Shown here piece after piece: positions 6,301 through 15,556 of a stretch of 16,884 nucleotides of DNA. The notes beneath the pieces are model-generated. The model ran no database searches. It had not been told where the DNA came from and saw only the letters and a program-made list of their open reading frames with translations. Made by a program: the position numbers and the translations under genes. This stretch comes from Candidatus Bipolaricaulia bacterium (GTDB taxonomy: Bacteria > Bipolaricaulota > Bipolaricaulia > JBHIAT01). Where the stretch lies: positions 1-16,884 of the forward strand of contig JBHIAT010000070.1 in assembly GCA_046758705.1 (NCBI GenBank), given 5' to 3'. Each line of letters begins with the position of its first letter. Positions within the stretch are counted from its first letter, which is position 1.

Positions 6301-7648
6301 AAAACTGGTCGTATTAGGGCTGGACGGCCTCCCCTTCTCCCTGCTGAACGAGGCGTTTGCCGCAGGAAGGCTGCCCAATCTTAAGCGGTTATCCCGGGAA
6401 GGGGTGTGGGCGCAGATGAATTCGGTGATCCCCACCGTTTCATCGGTTGCTTGGGCGACCTTTATGACCGGACAAAATCCCGCCCAACATGGCATATACG
6501 GCTTCGTGGAGCGCAGTGGACAGATGAAACGGTTCATCCCCACAGGAAGCGACATCAACGCCCAGACGCTTTGGGACCGGTTGAACCAGCTGGGAGTCAG
6601 GACCATCGTCATGAACGTTCCATTGACCTACCCGCCCAAACCGGTCAATGGAATATTGATTTCAGGGTTTCTCGGACCCAACCTTGACAGAATAACCTAT
6701 CCCCAAGAAGTGTCCATGTTACTGAAGAAGAAGGGGTATATCATCGATCCAGATCCCCGCAACGTGGTCACGGATAAAGACGGTTTTTTGAGCGAGATAT
6801 TCAAAGCGTTTCAGGCCAGAGCGGACGTCGCCCTTCACCTTTTAAGGGAAGAAGCGTGGGACTTCTTCATGTGCCACATTATGGAGACCGACCGGTTACA
6901 TCATTTCTTCTGGGACAGCAAGGACGATACGGGGGCCAAGTATCATCGTGGCTTTTGGAAGTTCTACAAGCGACTGGATGAGTTCATAGGGGGGTTGACG
7001 GCCGAGCTTCCCCAAGACACAGGATTGCTCATACTCTCTGACCATGGTTTCTGCGCGATCAAGGTAGAGGTCGACCTCAATGTCCATCTTCATCAATGTG
7101 GATTCTTAACGTTCAAAGCGTCGGCCCGCCATCTGGCTGACCTCGATCCGGGTTCCGTGGCTTATAGCCTGCCCCCGGGAAGAATCTACCTGAACTTGAA
7201 AGGGCGGGAGCAGCTGGGCTGGGTTGATCCGGACTCAGCCGATTATGAAAAATGGAGGGAAGAGATTGCCGCATCGTTGCTCGATCTTGCGGATCCAGAA
7301 AGCGGAGATAAGGTCATACAAAGGGTTCATCGCAGGGAAGCGCTCTACAAGGGTCTACATCTCAACTGGGCGGCGGATCTCATTGCCCATCCCCAGCGTG
7401 GCTATGATCTCAAGGCGGACATCCGCGCCGATGAACTTTTTAGCATCGGCCCCCGGATTGGCATGCATACGTACCGCGATGCCTGTCTGTTCATCAGGGG
7501 AGTGCAGATCGCTCCTCAAGCCCCTATCTCCATTGTCGATGTGACCCCGACGATCTTCGATCTGATGGGGCTACCTATCCCAGGAGACCTGGATGGCCGA
7601 AGTCTGCTGCCCCCATGTGAAAGCGGCAAACGCATCGGAGGATCGTAG
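6287..7648 (+). CDS. Alkaline phosphatase superfamily protein (type I phosphodiesterase/nucleotide pyrophosphatase family)
   Basis: VVLGLDG, PTVSSVAWATFMTG.NP..HGIYGF, ETDRLHH, ILSDHGF, GMH, SIVDVTPTI..DLDG. No signal peptide. ATG 6287 (GTG 6284 also in frame). Confidence 0.88.
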   Translation: MKRAKKLVVLGLDGLPFSLLNEAFAAGRLPNLKRLSREGVWAQMNSVIPTVSSVAWATFMTGQNPAQHGIYGFVERSGQMKRFIPTGSDINAQTLWDRLNQLGVRTIVMNVPLTYPPKPVNGILISGFLGPNLDRITYPQEVSMLLKKKGYIIDPDPRNVVTDKDGFLSEIFKAFQARADVALHLLREEAWDFFMCHIMETDRLHHFFWDSKDDTGAKYHRGFWKFYKRLDEFIGGLTAELPQDTGLLILSDHGFCAIKVEVDLNVHLHQCGFLTFKASARHLADLDPGSVAYSLPPGRIYLNLKGREQLGWVDPDSADYEKWREEIAASLLDLADPESGDKVIQRVHRREALYKGLHLNWAADLIAHPQRGYDLKADIRADELFSIGPRIGMHTYRDACLFIRGVQIAPQAPISIVDVTPTIFDLMGLPIPGDLDGRSLLPPCESGKRIGGS

Positions 7649-7672
7649 CCGGGCTGAAACGGAGCGAGCACC

Positions 7673-8395
7673 ATGGCAGGTATGGTCTACTTGGTGGGCG
7701 CTGGACCAGGTGATCCCGAGCTGATGACCTTGAAAGCACTCAAGGCGATCGAGGTCGCTGATGTGATCATCTACGACTCGCTTGTGGGGGCGAAGATCGT
7801 AGAGAATCTTTCTGAAGATGTCGAGTTAATCGCCTGTGGTAAGAGAGCACGCCCCAACCTAACTCAGGAATCGATCAATGAGTTGATGGCGAAGAAAGTC
7901 CGCGAAGGCAAGACGGTGGTTCGCTTGAAAGGCGGCGACCCGACCATCTTGGGCAGGCTCGGAGAGGAGATGGTGTTCTTACGGGAGCATGGTATCTCTT
8001 TCGAGGTCGTTCCAGGCATCACGTCTGCCATCGCCGCGCCGGTTGCGGCCGGCATCTCTCTGACCCACCGAGGTCTTGCCTCCAGCGTCGTCTTCCTCAC
8101 CGGCTATCAAGCCTCTGTCAGCAGTGCATTGGATTGGGAAAGCCTGGTTAAGTGCAATGGCACTTTGGTGATCCTGATGGGGGTAACCAGGTTGGAGGAG
8201 ATCACGCTGGAGTTAGTTCGGCATGGGATGAACGCAGATATGCCAGTGGCTATCGTTGAGAAGGCCATGCTGCCTGACCAGCGCGTGACCGTCGGCGAGT
8301 TGGGTACGATCGTGGAAGTTGCCAAGCTAAAGGGAGTTAGGCCTCCTGCGGTCTTGATTGTAGGTCAGGTCGTGTCCCTGGGAGTGCGGAGATAG
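7673..8395 (+). CDS. cobA: Uroporphyrinogen-III C-methyltransferase (SUMT)
   Basis: VYLVGAGPGDPELMTLKA, RLKGGDP, VVPGITSAIAAP..AGISLTHRG, LVILMG, PPAVLIVG. Confidence 0.95.
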   Translation: MAGMVYLVGAGPGDPELMTLKALKAIEVADVIIYDSLVGAKIVENLSEDVELIACGKRARPNLTQESINELMAKKVREGKTVVRLKGGDPTILGRLGEEMVFLREHGISFEVVPGITSAIAAPVAAGISLTHRGLASSVVFLTGYQASVSSALDWESLVKCNGTLVILMGVTRLEEITLELVRHGMNADMPVAIVEKAMLPDQRVTVGELGTIVEVAKLKGVRPPAVLIVGQVVSLGVRR

Positions 8396-8403
8396 ATTCT
8401 AGG

Positions 8404-9063
8404 ATGAACGGATACCGTGACAGCTACAGTTATTATCCGGTCGCCTTGAAGCTCAAGGATCGGGAGGTGGTGATCGTCGGCGGGAATGAGGAAGCGACGC
8501 GAAAGCTTCACTCGTTGCTCCCCTGCGAACCCAGGTTAACGGTGATAAGCCCTCAAGTCACCGGAGCTATTGCCCAATTGGCCAAAGCCGGCAAGTTGAG
8601 GCTGATCAAAAGGACCTATCGTCACGGTGACTTAGACGGGGCATTTATGGCCATCGTCTGCACCCCTGCCGTCAGCCAAGCACTACGAGCCGAGGCGGTG
8701 GAACGGAAGGTGTTGATTAACGTGTTGGATCAAGCTGAACTCCGTGATTACATTAACGTAGCCATGTTCTCACGGGATGGGCTCCAGATTGGGATCCACA
8801 CCTCAGGCAAGAGCGCGGCGCTCTCAAGGAGAATCAGGGAGAGGTTGGAGAGACAGCTCGGTGAGGAGTACGCCGCGCTCACCCAGTTACTGGGCGAAAT
8901 GAGACTCATCGTCAAGGGGATGATCAGGACTCCGGAACGGCGACGATCGTTTTGGCTTGGTGCTGTCAATGCCGAACTGTTGGAGAAGGTTGAGAACGGA
9001 CTCTCAATGGAGGCACTTAGGGAGGAGATACTGAGGAAGGCCAAGGGATACAGGGAAATATAG
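8404..9063 (+). CDS. Precorrin-2 dehydrogenase / sirohydrochlorin ferrochelatase (SirC/Met8p/CysG N-terminal type)
   Basis: YYPVALKL..VVIVGG....RK, LTVISP, INVLD, IGIHTSGKSAALSRRIRERLE; follows the SUMT gene. Confidence 0.88.
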   Translation: MNGYRDSYSYYPVALKLKDREVVIVGGNEEATRKLHSLLPCEPRLTVISPQVTGAIAQLAKAGKLRLIKRTYRHGDLDGAFMAIVCTPAVSQALRAEAVERKVLINVLDQAELRDYINVAMFSRDGLQIGIHTSGKSAALSRRIRERLERQLGEEYAALTQLLGEMRLIVKGMIRTPERRRSFWLGAVNAELLEKVENGLSMEALREEILRKAKGYREI

Positions 9064-9087
9064 GTCGGGAAGTTCAGCAAGCTATCG

Positions 9088-9582
9088 CTACCCTCCTTCA
9101 TGGAGGGCGTCGCTCATGAACTCCGAAATAGTCCCGTCCGATACAGCATAGATTTTAAATGCTTCCGTCTTCAGGCCGGGCATTCCTGGAGATCCCACAG
9201 GCATCCCCGGCAAAGCGATGCCATCAATATCCGGTTTTTCTGCCAAGAGCTTCTCTATGGCTTCAATGGGCACATGACCCTCGATAAAGTACCCTCCGAT
9301 GACCGAAGTGTGACAGCTTTGCATGTTCGGTGGGATCTGATATTTCTCCTTTATGGAAGATAGATTCCAGGTGTTGATCGCTTTAACCTGGAAACCTTGC
9401 TCCTCCAAATAGATCACATAATTATCACAACAGCCGCAATAGGGTGATTTATAGACCGTAACCTTGTTTTCATTGATTTCAGGAGCATCAGATGGTTCCT
9501 CCTGAGCCAATGAACTCCAAAACAGAAAGATGCCTGTCGCAAAAATGATGCCGATCAACGCCATCAATTTTCTGTTTTTCAT
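9088..9582 (-). CDS. DUF411 / CopG-like exported metal-binding protein
   Basis: Signal peptide; YKSPYCGCC, SCHT, IEGHVP and GIALPGMPVGSPGM motifs; SD AGGGAGG; divergent from copA. Confidence 0.9.
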   Translation of the reverse strand: MKNRKLMALIGIIFATGIFLFWSSLAQEEPSDAPEINENKVTVYKSPYCGCCDNYVIYLEEQGFQVKAINTWNLSSIKEKYQIPPNMQSCHTSVIGGYFIEGHVPIEAIEKLLAEKPDIDGIALPGMPVGSPGMPGLKTEAFKIYAVSDGTISEFMSDALHEGG

Positions 9583-9732
9583 CGGTCAACCCGCCTCCCT
9601 TAAGATATTCAGTTTTAATTTAATCCGTTCCAGGCCGATATGCAATGAGAAATATCACCTCCCGAAATGATATAAATCATCGGTGTATGCTGAAACGAGC
9701 GGCCGACCGGGCAAAGTTCAGGATACGGTCCC

Positions 9733-9761
9733 TTGACAACCGGCGGATCCTGTGGTATAGT
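9733..9761 (+). promoter_or_regulatory. Sigma70-type promoter P3 (upstream of copA)
   Basis: TTGACA (9733-9738), 17 nt, TATAGT (9756-9761), extended -10 TGn. Confidence 0.88.
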
Positions 9762-9769
9762 ATGTACGT

Positions 9770-9789
9770 CCCTCCCCTGGTGGGGGGGG
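9770..9789. promoter_or_regulatory. G/C-tract palindromic operator, copy 3
   Basis: CCCTCCCC-TGGT-GGGGGGGG, 8 nt after the -10 box; 18/20 identical to copy 1; directly upstream of copA. Confidence 0.78.
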
Positions 9790-9819
9790 GCTACTGAAAC
9801 ACCTGAGGAGGTGGCCGAG

Positions 9820-12486
9820 ATGGTCAAAGACCCCATCTGTGAGATGGAGATTGAAAAGGACCAGGCCGTGGCCTCCCACGTCTACCACGGTCAGACCTAT
9901 TACTTCTGCTCTCGCGCTTGTGAGGAGCAGTTCCTGGAGAAGCCGGAGTTCTACATAAAGCAATCCGAGTCGTCCGGATCTGCGACGACAGGGGTGAATC
10001 CTGATCAGCCTGGTCCGGTGCATGCCGAGCTGCCGCTGGCGGGCCTGGACTGCACGACCTGCGTTGTCACCGTGGAGCGCACTCTGCAGGAGGTTCCCGG
10101 CGTCCAACAGGCCCATGTCAACTTCCCAGCTGGCAAGGCCCACATCGTCTACGATCCGAAACAAACGGATCTGAAAGCCGCGACTCAAGCCATCAAGCGG
10201 GCCGGCTACGACGTGGGCGCGGCCGAGATGCGGGTGCGCATCGACAACTTGCATTGCGCCTCCTGCGTGCAGTTTATCGAAGAGACCCTGCTCAAGACGC
10301 CCGGGGTCCTGAGCGCGACAGTGAGTCCCGGCACGGAGACGGCGCTCATCCGCTATGTGCCTGACATGGTGAACTTCGAAGCTGTCAAGCAGGCGATCGA
10401 ATCGACGGGTTATACGATCGCTCATCGCATCGAAGCGGAGGAGCCACCGGATCAAGAGGCCACAGCTCGCGAGCGGGAGTACCGGCTGCTCATGAGTCGC
10501 TTCCTGTTCGCCGCCATCGTGTCGCTGCCGGTGCTCCTCACCGCTTACCCCGAGTACATCCCCGGGCTACGGGATCTGTCCAAGAGTACGATCCGGATCA
10601 TCTGGGGGGTTGATGCGCTACTCATACTGCCGGTGCTCGCCTGGTCGGGTCAACGCTTCTTCACCGGTGCCTGGGCGGCCTTCAAGCACCACAGCGCCGA
10701 CATGAACACGCTGATCGCCTTGGGCACTGGGGCAGCCTGGCTCTACTCTGTGGTGGCCATCGCCGTGCCTCAGGCCTTCCCTGAGGGCACAGCAGCTGAT
10801 CCGTTCTTCGATGTGGCCGCTGTGGTCATCGCGCTCGTCGTGCTAGGACAGGCTCTGGAAGTGCGAGCCAAGGGGCGCACGAGCGAGGCGATCAAGAAGC
10901 TCCTGGATCTGCAGGCCAAGACGGCCCGGGTGGTGCGCGACGGCCGGGAGATCGACATACCTGTTGAAGAGGTGCTGGTGGGGGACATCGTCGTCGTCCG
11001 CCCCGGCGAGAAGGTCCCGGTGGACGGCGCAGTCATCGAGGGGCACTCGTCGGTGGATGAGTCTATGATTACCGGTGAGCCCATCCCCGTTGAGAAGAAC
11101 CCGGACGACGAGGTGATCGGCGCGACGATCAACAAGACGGGGGCGTTCAAGTTCAGAGCCACCAAGGTCGGCAAGGACACGGCGCTGGCCCAGATCGTCC
11201 AGCTGGTGCAACAGGCACAGGGTACCAAGCCTCCGATCGCCCGTCTGGTCGACGTTGTCAGCAGCTACTTCGTCCCCGCAGTGATGATCATCGCGGTGTT
11301 GGCATTCGTGGCCTGGTTCAACCTTGGCCCGGACCCCCGACTGGCGTTCGCGCTGGTCGCGGCGGTGACAACGCTGGTGATCGCCTGCCCCTGCGCACTG
11401 GGGCTGGCCACACCGATGAGCATCATGGTGGGGGTGGGCAAGGCAGCTGAGCACGGAATCTTGATCCGCAACGGGGAAGCCCTGCAAAAGGCGTCGCAGC
11501 TCGATACGATCGTCTTGGACAAGACGGGCACGGTCACCAAGGGTAAGCCGGAACTGACCGACGTGATCGCGGTCGACGGCTATGCGGAAGATGAACTCCT
11601 CCGGCTGGCGGCCTCCGCTGAGCGTGGCAGCGAGCACCCGCTGGCGGAAGCCATCGTCGCGGACGCCAAGGCGCGGAAGCTGGAGCTGGCAGCCCCCACG
11701 GTCTTCAACGCCGTCCCCGGCCACGGGATCGAGACCGTGCTCGACAATCAGAAGGTGCTGTTGGGCAACGTCAAGCTCATGGAGCGCGAGAGTATGGACG
11801 TGGGCGGCTTAAACGAGACGGCTACGCACCTGTCGGATGAGGGCAAGACACCCATGTACATGGCCGTGGACGGCAAGCCCGCGGGTCTCATCGCCGTGGC
11901 GGATACGGTCAAGGAGGACTCCATCGCTGCGATCCGGGCTCTGCAAAAGTTGGGTCTGGAGGTCGTCATGTTGACCGGTGACAACCGACGCACAGCCGAG
12001 GCGATCGCGCGACAGGTGGGGATCCAGAGGGTGCTGGCAGAGGTGCTGCCCGAGGAGAAGGCGGCAGAGGTGCGCAAACTTCAGCTTGAGGGCCGGAAGG
12101 CCGGCATGGTGGGCGACGGGATCAACGATGCGCCCGCCTTGGCCCAGGCCGACGTGGGTTTCGCCATCGGCACAGGGACCGATGTGGCTATCGAGGCTGC
12201 AGACATCACGCTCGTGGGCGGCAGTCTGCGTGGGGTGGTCACGGCCATCGAGACCTCCAAGGCCACGATGCGCAACATCAAACAAAACCTCGTAGGTGCT
12301 TTCATCTACAACACGCTGGGCATCCCGGTGGCCGCGGGTGTCTTTTACCCGCTGTTTAGAATGCTGCTGAGCCCCCTTATCGCCGGAGGAGCCATGGCGT
12401 TCAGCAGCGTGACCGTCGTGAGTAACGCAAATCGTCTGCGAAGATTCCGACCCCAGCTCACAGGTGTAAAGGAGGATACGCCATGA
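9820..12486 (+). CDS. copA: Cu(I)-translocating P1B-1 ATPase with an N-terminal YHS domain and two HMA domains
   Basis: YHS ([20 protein letters not shown]), HMA LDCTTC and [32 protein letters not shown] and MAFSS. ATG 9820 follows SD GAGGAGGT. Confidence 0.96.
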   Translation: MVKDPICEMEIEKDQAVASHVYHGQTYYFCSRACEEQFLEKPEFYIKQSESSGSATTGVNPDQPGPVHAELPLAGLDCTTCVVTVERTLQEVPGVQQAHVNFPAGKAHIVYDPKQTDLKAATQAIKRAGYDVGAAEMRVRIDNLHCASCVQFIEETLLKTPGVLSATVSPGTETALIRYVPDMVNFEAVKQAIESTGYTIAHRIEAEEPPDQEATAREREYRLLMSRFLFAAIVSLPVLLTAYPEYIPGLRDLSKSTIRIIWGVDALLILPVLAWSGQRFFTGAWAAFKHHSADMNTLIALGTGAAWLYSVVAIAVPQAFPEGTAADPFFDVAAVVIALVVLGQALEVRAKGRTSEAIKKLLDLQAKTARVVRDGREIDIPVEEVLVGDIVVVRPGEKVPVDGAVIEGHSSVDESMITGEPIPVEKNPDDEVIGATINKTGAFKFRATKVGKDTALAQIVQLVQQAQGTKPPIARLVDVVSSYFVPAVMIIAVLAFVAWFNLGPDPRLAFALVAAVTTLVIACPCALGLATPMSIMVGVGKAAEHGILIRNGEALQKASQLDTIVLDKTGTVTKGKPELTDVIAVDGYAEDELLRLAASAERGSEHPLAEAIVADAKARKLELAAPTVFNAVPGHGIETVLDNQKVLLGNVKLMERESMDVGGLNETATHLSDEGKTPMYMAVDGKPAGLIAVADTVKEDSIAAIRALQKLGLEVVMLTGDNRRTAEAIARQVGIQRVLAEVLPEEKAAEVRKLQLEGRKAGMVGDGINDAPALAQADVGFAIGTGTDVAIEAADITLVGGSLRGVVTAIETSKATMRNIKQNLVGAFIYNTLGIPVAAGVFYPLFRMLLSPLIAGGAMAFSSVTVVSNANRLRRFRPQLTGVKEDTP

Positions 12487-12854
12487 TCACACAACTGCTG
12501 GTCAACGTTGTGGGGCTGCTGGCGATCGTTTGGATCGTCTGGTACTTCTGGATCTACAAGAAGCAGGGTGTGCTCGCGGCCGAGGCGGGCGAGGCACAAG
12601 AGGTGCGCATTCGGGTCAAGGGGGGTTACGACCCCGACGTCATTGTGGTCAAGGCTGGGAAGCCGATGCGCCTGCACTTCTTCCGCGAGGAGGAGGCTTC
12701 GTGCAGCGAGATGGTCGTCTTCCCGGACTTTGATCGATCGGAGAAGCTGCCGCCCTTCGAGACGGTGACGGTGGAACTCCTGCCGGAGAAGCCCGGAGAG
12801 TACGACTTTCACTGTCAGATGAACATGCTACGCGGCAAGCTCATCGTGGAGTGA
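12483..12854 (+). CDS. Membrane-anchored cupredoxin-domain protein (CupA-like copper chaperone)
   Basis: Single N-terminal [45 protein letters not shown] overlap with copA. Confidence 0.9.
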   Translation: MITQLLVNVVGLLAIVWIVWYFWIYKKQGVLAAEAGEAQEVRIRVKGGYDPDVIVVKAGKPMRLHFFREEEASCSEMVVFPDFDRSEKLPPFETVTVELLPEKPGEYDFHCQMNMLRGKLIVE

Positions 12855-12864
12855 GAGAAAGATC

Positions 12865-13749
12865 GTGAGCACGCTCAAAGCGAAACCGACCGTCGGCTTG
12901 GCCCTGGGAGGGGGCGGCGCCCGGGGCTTTGCCCACATCGGTGTGCTGCGTGTCCTGACACAGCATGGAATTTCCATCGACTGTGTGGCAGGCACCAGCA
13001 TGGGAGCGGCCATCGGCGGCGCGTTCGTCTGCGGACGCGACATGAAGCAGCTGGCGGAGACGATCAAGGGGCTCGACCTCAAGGAGACGCTCAGCATCCC
13101 TGAGGGACTGACCAAGACCCTGCGGCGGCTCCTCGGCTGGGCGGCCTCCGAGTACCTGTTTCGGCGGGAGTGGCGCTCTCCCCCATCCGAATCGCAGGTG
13201 CACACACGCACGATGTGCGAGCTGTTCGCTCAATTCACCGGCGATACCCGGTTTGAGGATTTGCATATTCCGTTCACTGCCGTTGCCACCGACATTGACA
13301 CCGGTGAGCCGGTCTTCATCCAGGAAGGACTGATCTGCTGTGCAATCGAGGCGAGCGCCACCATCCCTGTCATCTACCACCCGGTGAAGCTTGGAGAACG
13401 GTATCTCGTTGACGGCGGCGGCGTCGACCTGGTGCCCATCGATGCCGCTATGGTGATGGGTGCCGATCGGATCATCGCCGTCGACGTCGGTACAATGTCG
13501 CTCGATGAGCCACACTCAACCTTGGAGATCGTCGTTCGGGTTGACCTCATGGCACGGCGCCAGCTGACCCACACCCAGGAGGCACTGGCTCGGGAACGGT
13601 TGGGGGAAGAACACCTGGTGGTACTCCGGCCGGATGTCCGGGGGATCGACTGGACCGCTTTCGATGATATCGACGATTGCATCATGGCCGGCGAGCAAGA
13701 AGCCCTAAAGCATCTCGAAGAGATCAAGCAACTCATCCAGTCGACCTGA
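12865..13749 (+). CDS. Patatin-like phospholipase
   Basis: LALGGGGARG, GTSMG (GxSxG), VATDI.TG, LVDGG. Confidence 0.93.
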   Translation: MSTLKAKPTVGLALGGGGARGFAHIGVLRVLTQHGISIDCVAGTSMGAAIGGAFVCGRDMKQLAETIKGLDLKETLSIPEGLTKTLRRLLGWAASEYLFRREWRSPPSESQVHTRTMCELFAQFTGDTRFEDLHIPFTAVATDIDTGEPVFIQEGLICCAIEASATIPVIYHPVKLGERYLVDGGGVDLVPIDAAMVMGADRIIAVDVGTMSLDEPHSTLEIVVRVDLMARRQLTHTQEALARERLGEEHLVVLRPDVRGIDWTAFDDIDDCIMAGEQEALKHLEEIKQLIQST

Positions 13750-13780
13750 GCTCGGTTCCAATGAAGCGGAGGCAGACAAG

Positions 13781-14560
13781 ATGAAAGATGAATCAATGGG
13801 CACGGCAAAAATCTCACATCGGGTCGCCGTCATCTCCGCTGGCGCAGCCCAGAAGCCGGGTGAGTCCCGCCTGGATCTGGTGAAGCAAAATGTCTCGATC
13901 TTCAGCCAGATCGTACCTCAGGTGGTTCACCACAACCCCAACGGCATCCTGCTCATTGCCACCAATCCGGTGGACGTGTTGACCTACGCTGCCTGGAAGC
14001 TTTCGGGGCTGCCAGCGCAGCAGATCATTGGCTCCGGCACCATTCTGGACACAGCCCGTTTCCGCTACCTGTTGAGCCAGCACTTCGGGGTCGACCCGCG
14101 CAGCGTGCACGCGCACATCATCGGCGAGCACGGCGATAGTGAAGTCCCGGTGTGGTCGCTGGCTAACATCGCCGGCATGCGATTGCCTGCCTTTTGCACT
14201 GCCCATGGGTTGGTTCACGACCAAGCAGCCATGGATGACATCTTCCGGCAGACCCGGGACGCTGCCTACCACATCATCGAGCGCAAGGGGGTCACCTACT
14301 ATGCTGTGGCAGCCGGACTGATGCGCATTGTGGAGGCCATCCTGCGAGACCAGAACACCGTGCTTTCGATCTCCAGTCTCGTCGATGAGGACTATTATGG
14401 CATCAGCGATCTCTGTCTGAGCCTGCCCACGGTGGCGGGTCGGAACGGTGTAGAACGGGTGCTGAGGTTAGAGCTGAGTCCACAGGAGATCGAAAGCCTA
14501 CGCCAATCGGCTGAAGTTCTGAAAACAACCCTGGCTCAATTGAATCTGGAGGGAACATGA
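13781..14560 (+). pseudogene. ldh: L-lactate dehydrogenase with apparent in-frame deletion of the N-terminal NAD-binding segment
   Basis: AGAAQKPGESRLDL, ATNPVD, GSGTILDTARFR and GEHGDS are intact, but the protein is only 259 aa and has no GxGxxG. The patatin stop is 31 nt upstream, so there is no room for the missing part. Confidence 0.75.
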
Positions 14561-15528
14561 AACGGATCGCTGTGTTGACCAGCGGGGGGGATGCTCCAGG
14601 CATGAACGCTGCCATCCGGGCCGTGGTGTGGACCGGCGTGGAAAAGGGTTGGGAAATTTTCGGCATCCGTCACGGTTATGTTGGCCTCATCTCTGGGAAC
14701 CTCGTTCCCCTGGGGGCTCGAGATGTGGGGGGCATCATTCAACAAGGTGGCACGATGCTGGGCAGCGCCCGCTGCCCTGAGTTCGAGACCGATGATGGAT
14801 GCCTGAAGGCACTGCGGATGCTTCACCGGCATCATATCGAGGGCCTGGTGGTCATCGGAGGCAATGGATCTCAGACCGGCGCCCATGCGCTGTCTCAGAT
14901 GGATTTTCCGGTGGTCGGTGTGGCCTCGACCATCGACAATGACCTTTACGGATCGGAGGTCACCATCGGGGTGGATACCGCTCTCAACATCACCCTGGAG
15001 GCGATCGATCGATTGAAGGTTACCGCCTCATCCCACCGACGAGCATTTCTTGTCGAAGTCATGGGGCGCGACTGCGGCTATCTGGCCCTGATTGCGGGCA
15101 TCACCGGTGGAGCCGAAGCAGTGATCATCCCCGAGATGAAGACAGACCCGGAAACGGTGGTCGCCGAGCTGCGTACTGCCTACGACCGAGGAAAGACCCA
15201 TGCTCTGGTGGTGGTTGCTGAAGGCGCCCGCTACAACGCTGAAGGGCTGGCCCGCTACTTCCAGGAACACCGTGAGCGGTTGGGCTTTGAGTTACGGCTG
15301 ACAACCCTGGGTCACGTGCAGCGGGGCGGTATACCCAGCGCTTTCGACCGGATGTTGGCCACCCGGCTGGGCACGGCGGCGACGGAGCATCTGGCCCAAG
15401 GCGGGTACGGCGTGCTGATGGGTTTGCTCAAAGGTGAGATCGCGACCACACCGCTGGCCGAGGTGATCGCCAACAAGAAACCGCTAGACCTGCGCCTGCT
15501 GGAGCTGGCACGCGTGCTGGCAAAATGA
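14557..15528 (+). CDS. pfkA: 6-phosphofructokinase (PfkA family)
   Basis: IAVLTSGGDAPGMNAAIRAV, GGTMLGSAR, GGNGS, TIDND, VEVMGR, LGHVQRGG; ATGA overlap with ldh. Confidence 0.95.
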   Translation: MKRIAVLTSGGDAPGMNAAIRAVVWTGVEKGWEIFGIRHGYVGLISGNLVPLGARDVGGIIQQGGTMLGSARCPEFETDDGCLKALRMLHRHHIEGLVVIGGNGSQTGAHALSQMDFPVVGVASTIDNDLYGSEVTIGVDTALNITLEAIDRLKVTASSHRRAFLVEVMGRDCGYLALIAGITGGAEAVIIPEMKTDPETVVAELRTAYDRGKTHALVVVAEGARYNAEGLARYFQEHRERLGFELRLTTLGHVQRGGIPSAFDRMLATRLGTAATEHLAQGGYGVLMGLLKGEIATTPLAEVIANKKPLDLRLLELARVLAK

Positions 15529-15556
15529 CCAAAACATTAAGATAGGAGAGAGAACC

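Noticed and set aside
356-9789. The three GC palindromes as REP/CRISPR repeats, terminators or G-quadruplex elements
   Set aside because: They are not arrayed, have no U-tract and sit at a fixed distance after a -10 box, which fits an operator better.
9733-9819. Tracked N-terminal extension of copA
   Set aside because: The TTG is the -35 box itself; SD and YHS domain start support ATG 9820.
9718-13817. Long antisense ORFs over copA, cupredoxin and patatin (and similar ones over the sulfite reductase)
   Set aside because: Shadow frames typical of GC-rich coding DNA; no recognisable motifs.
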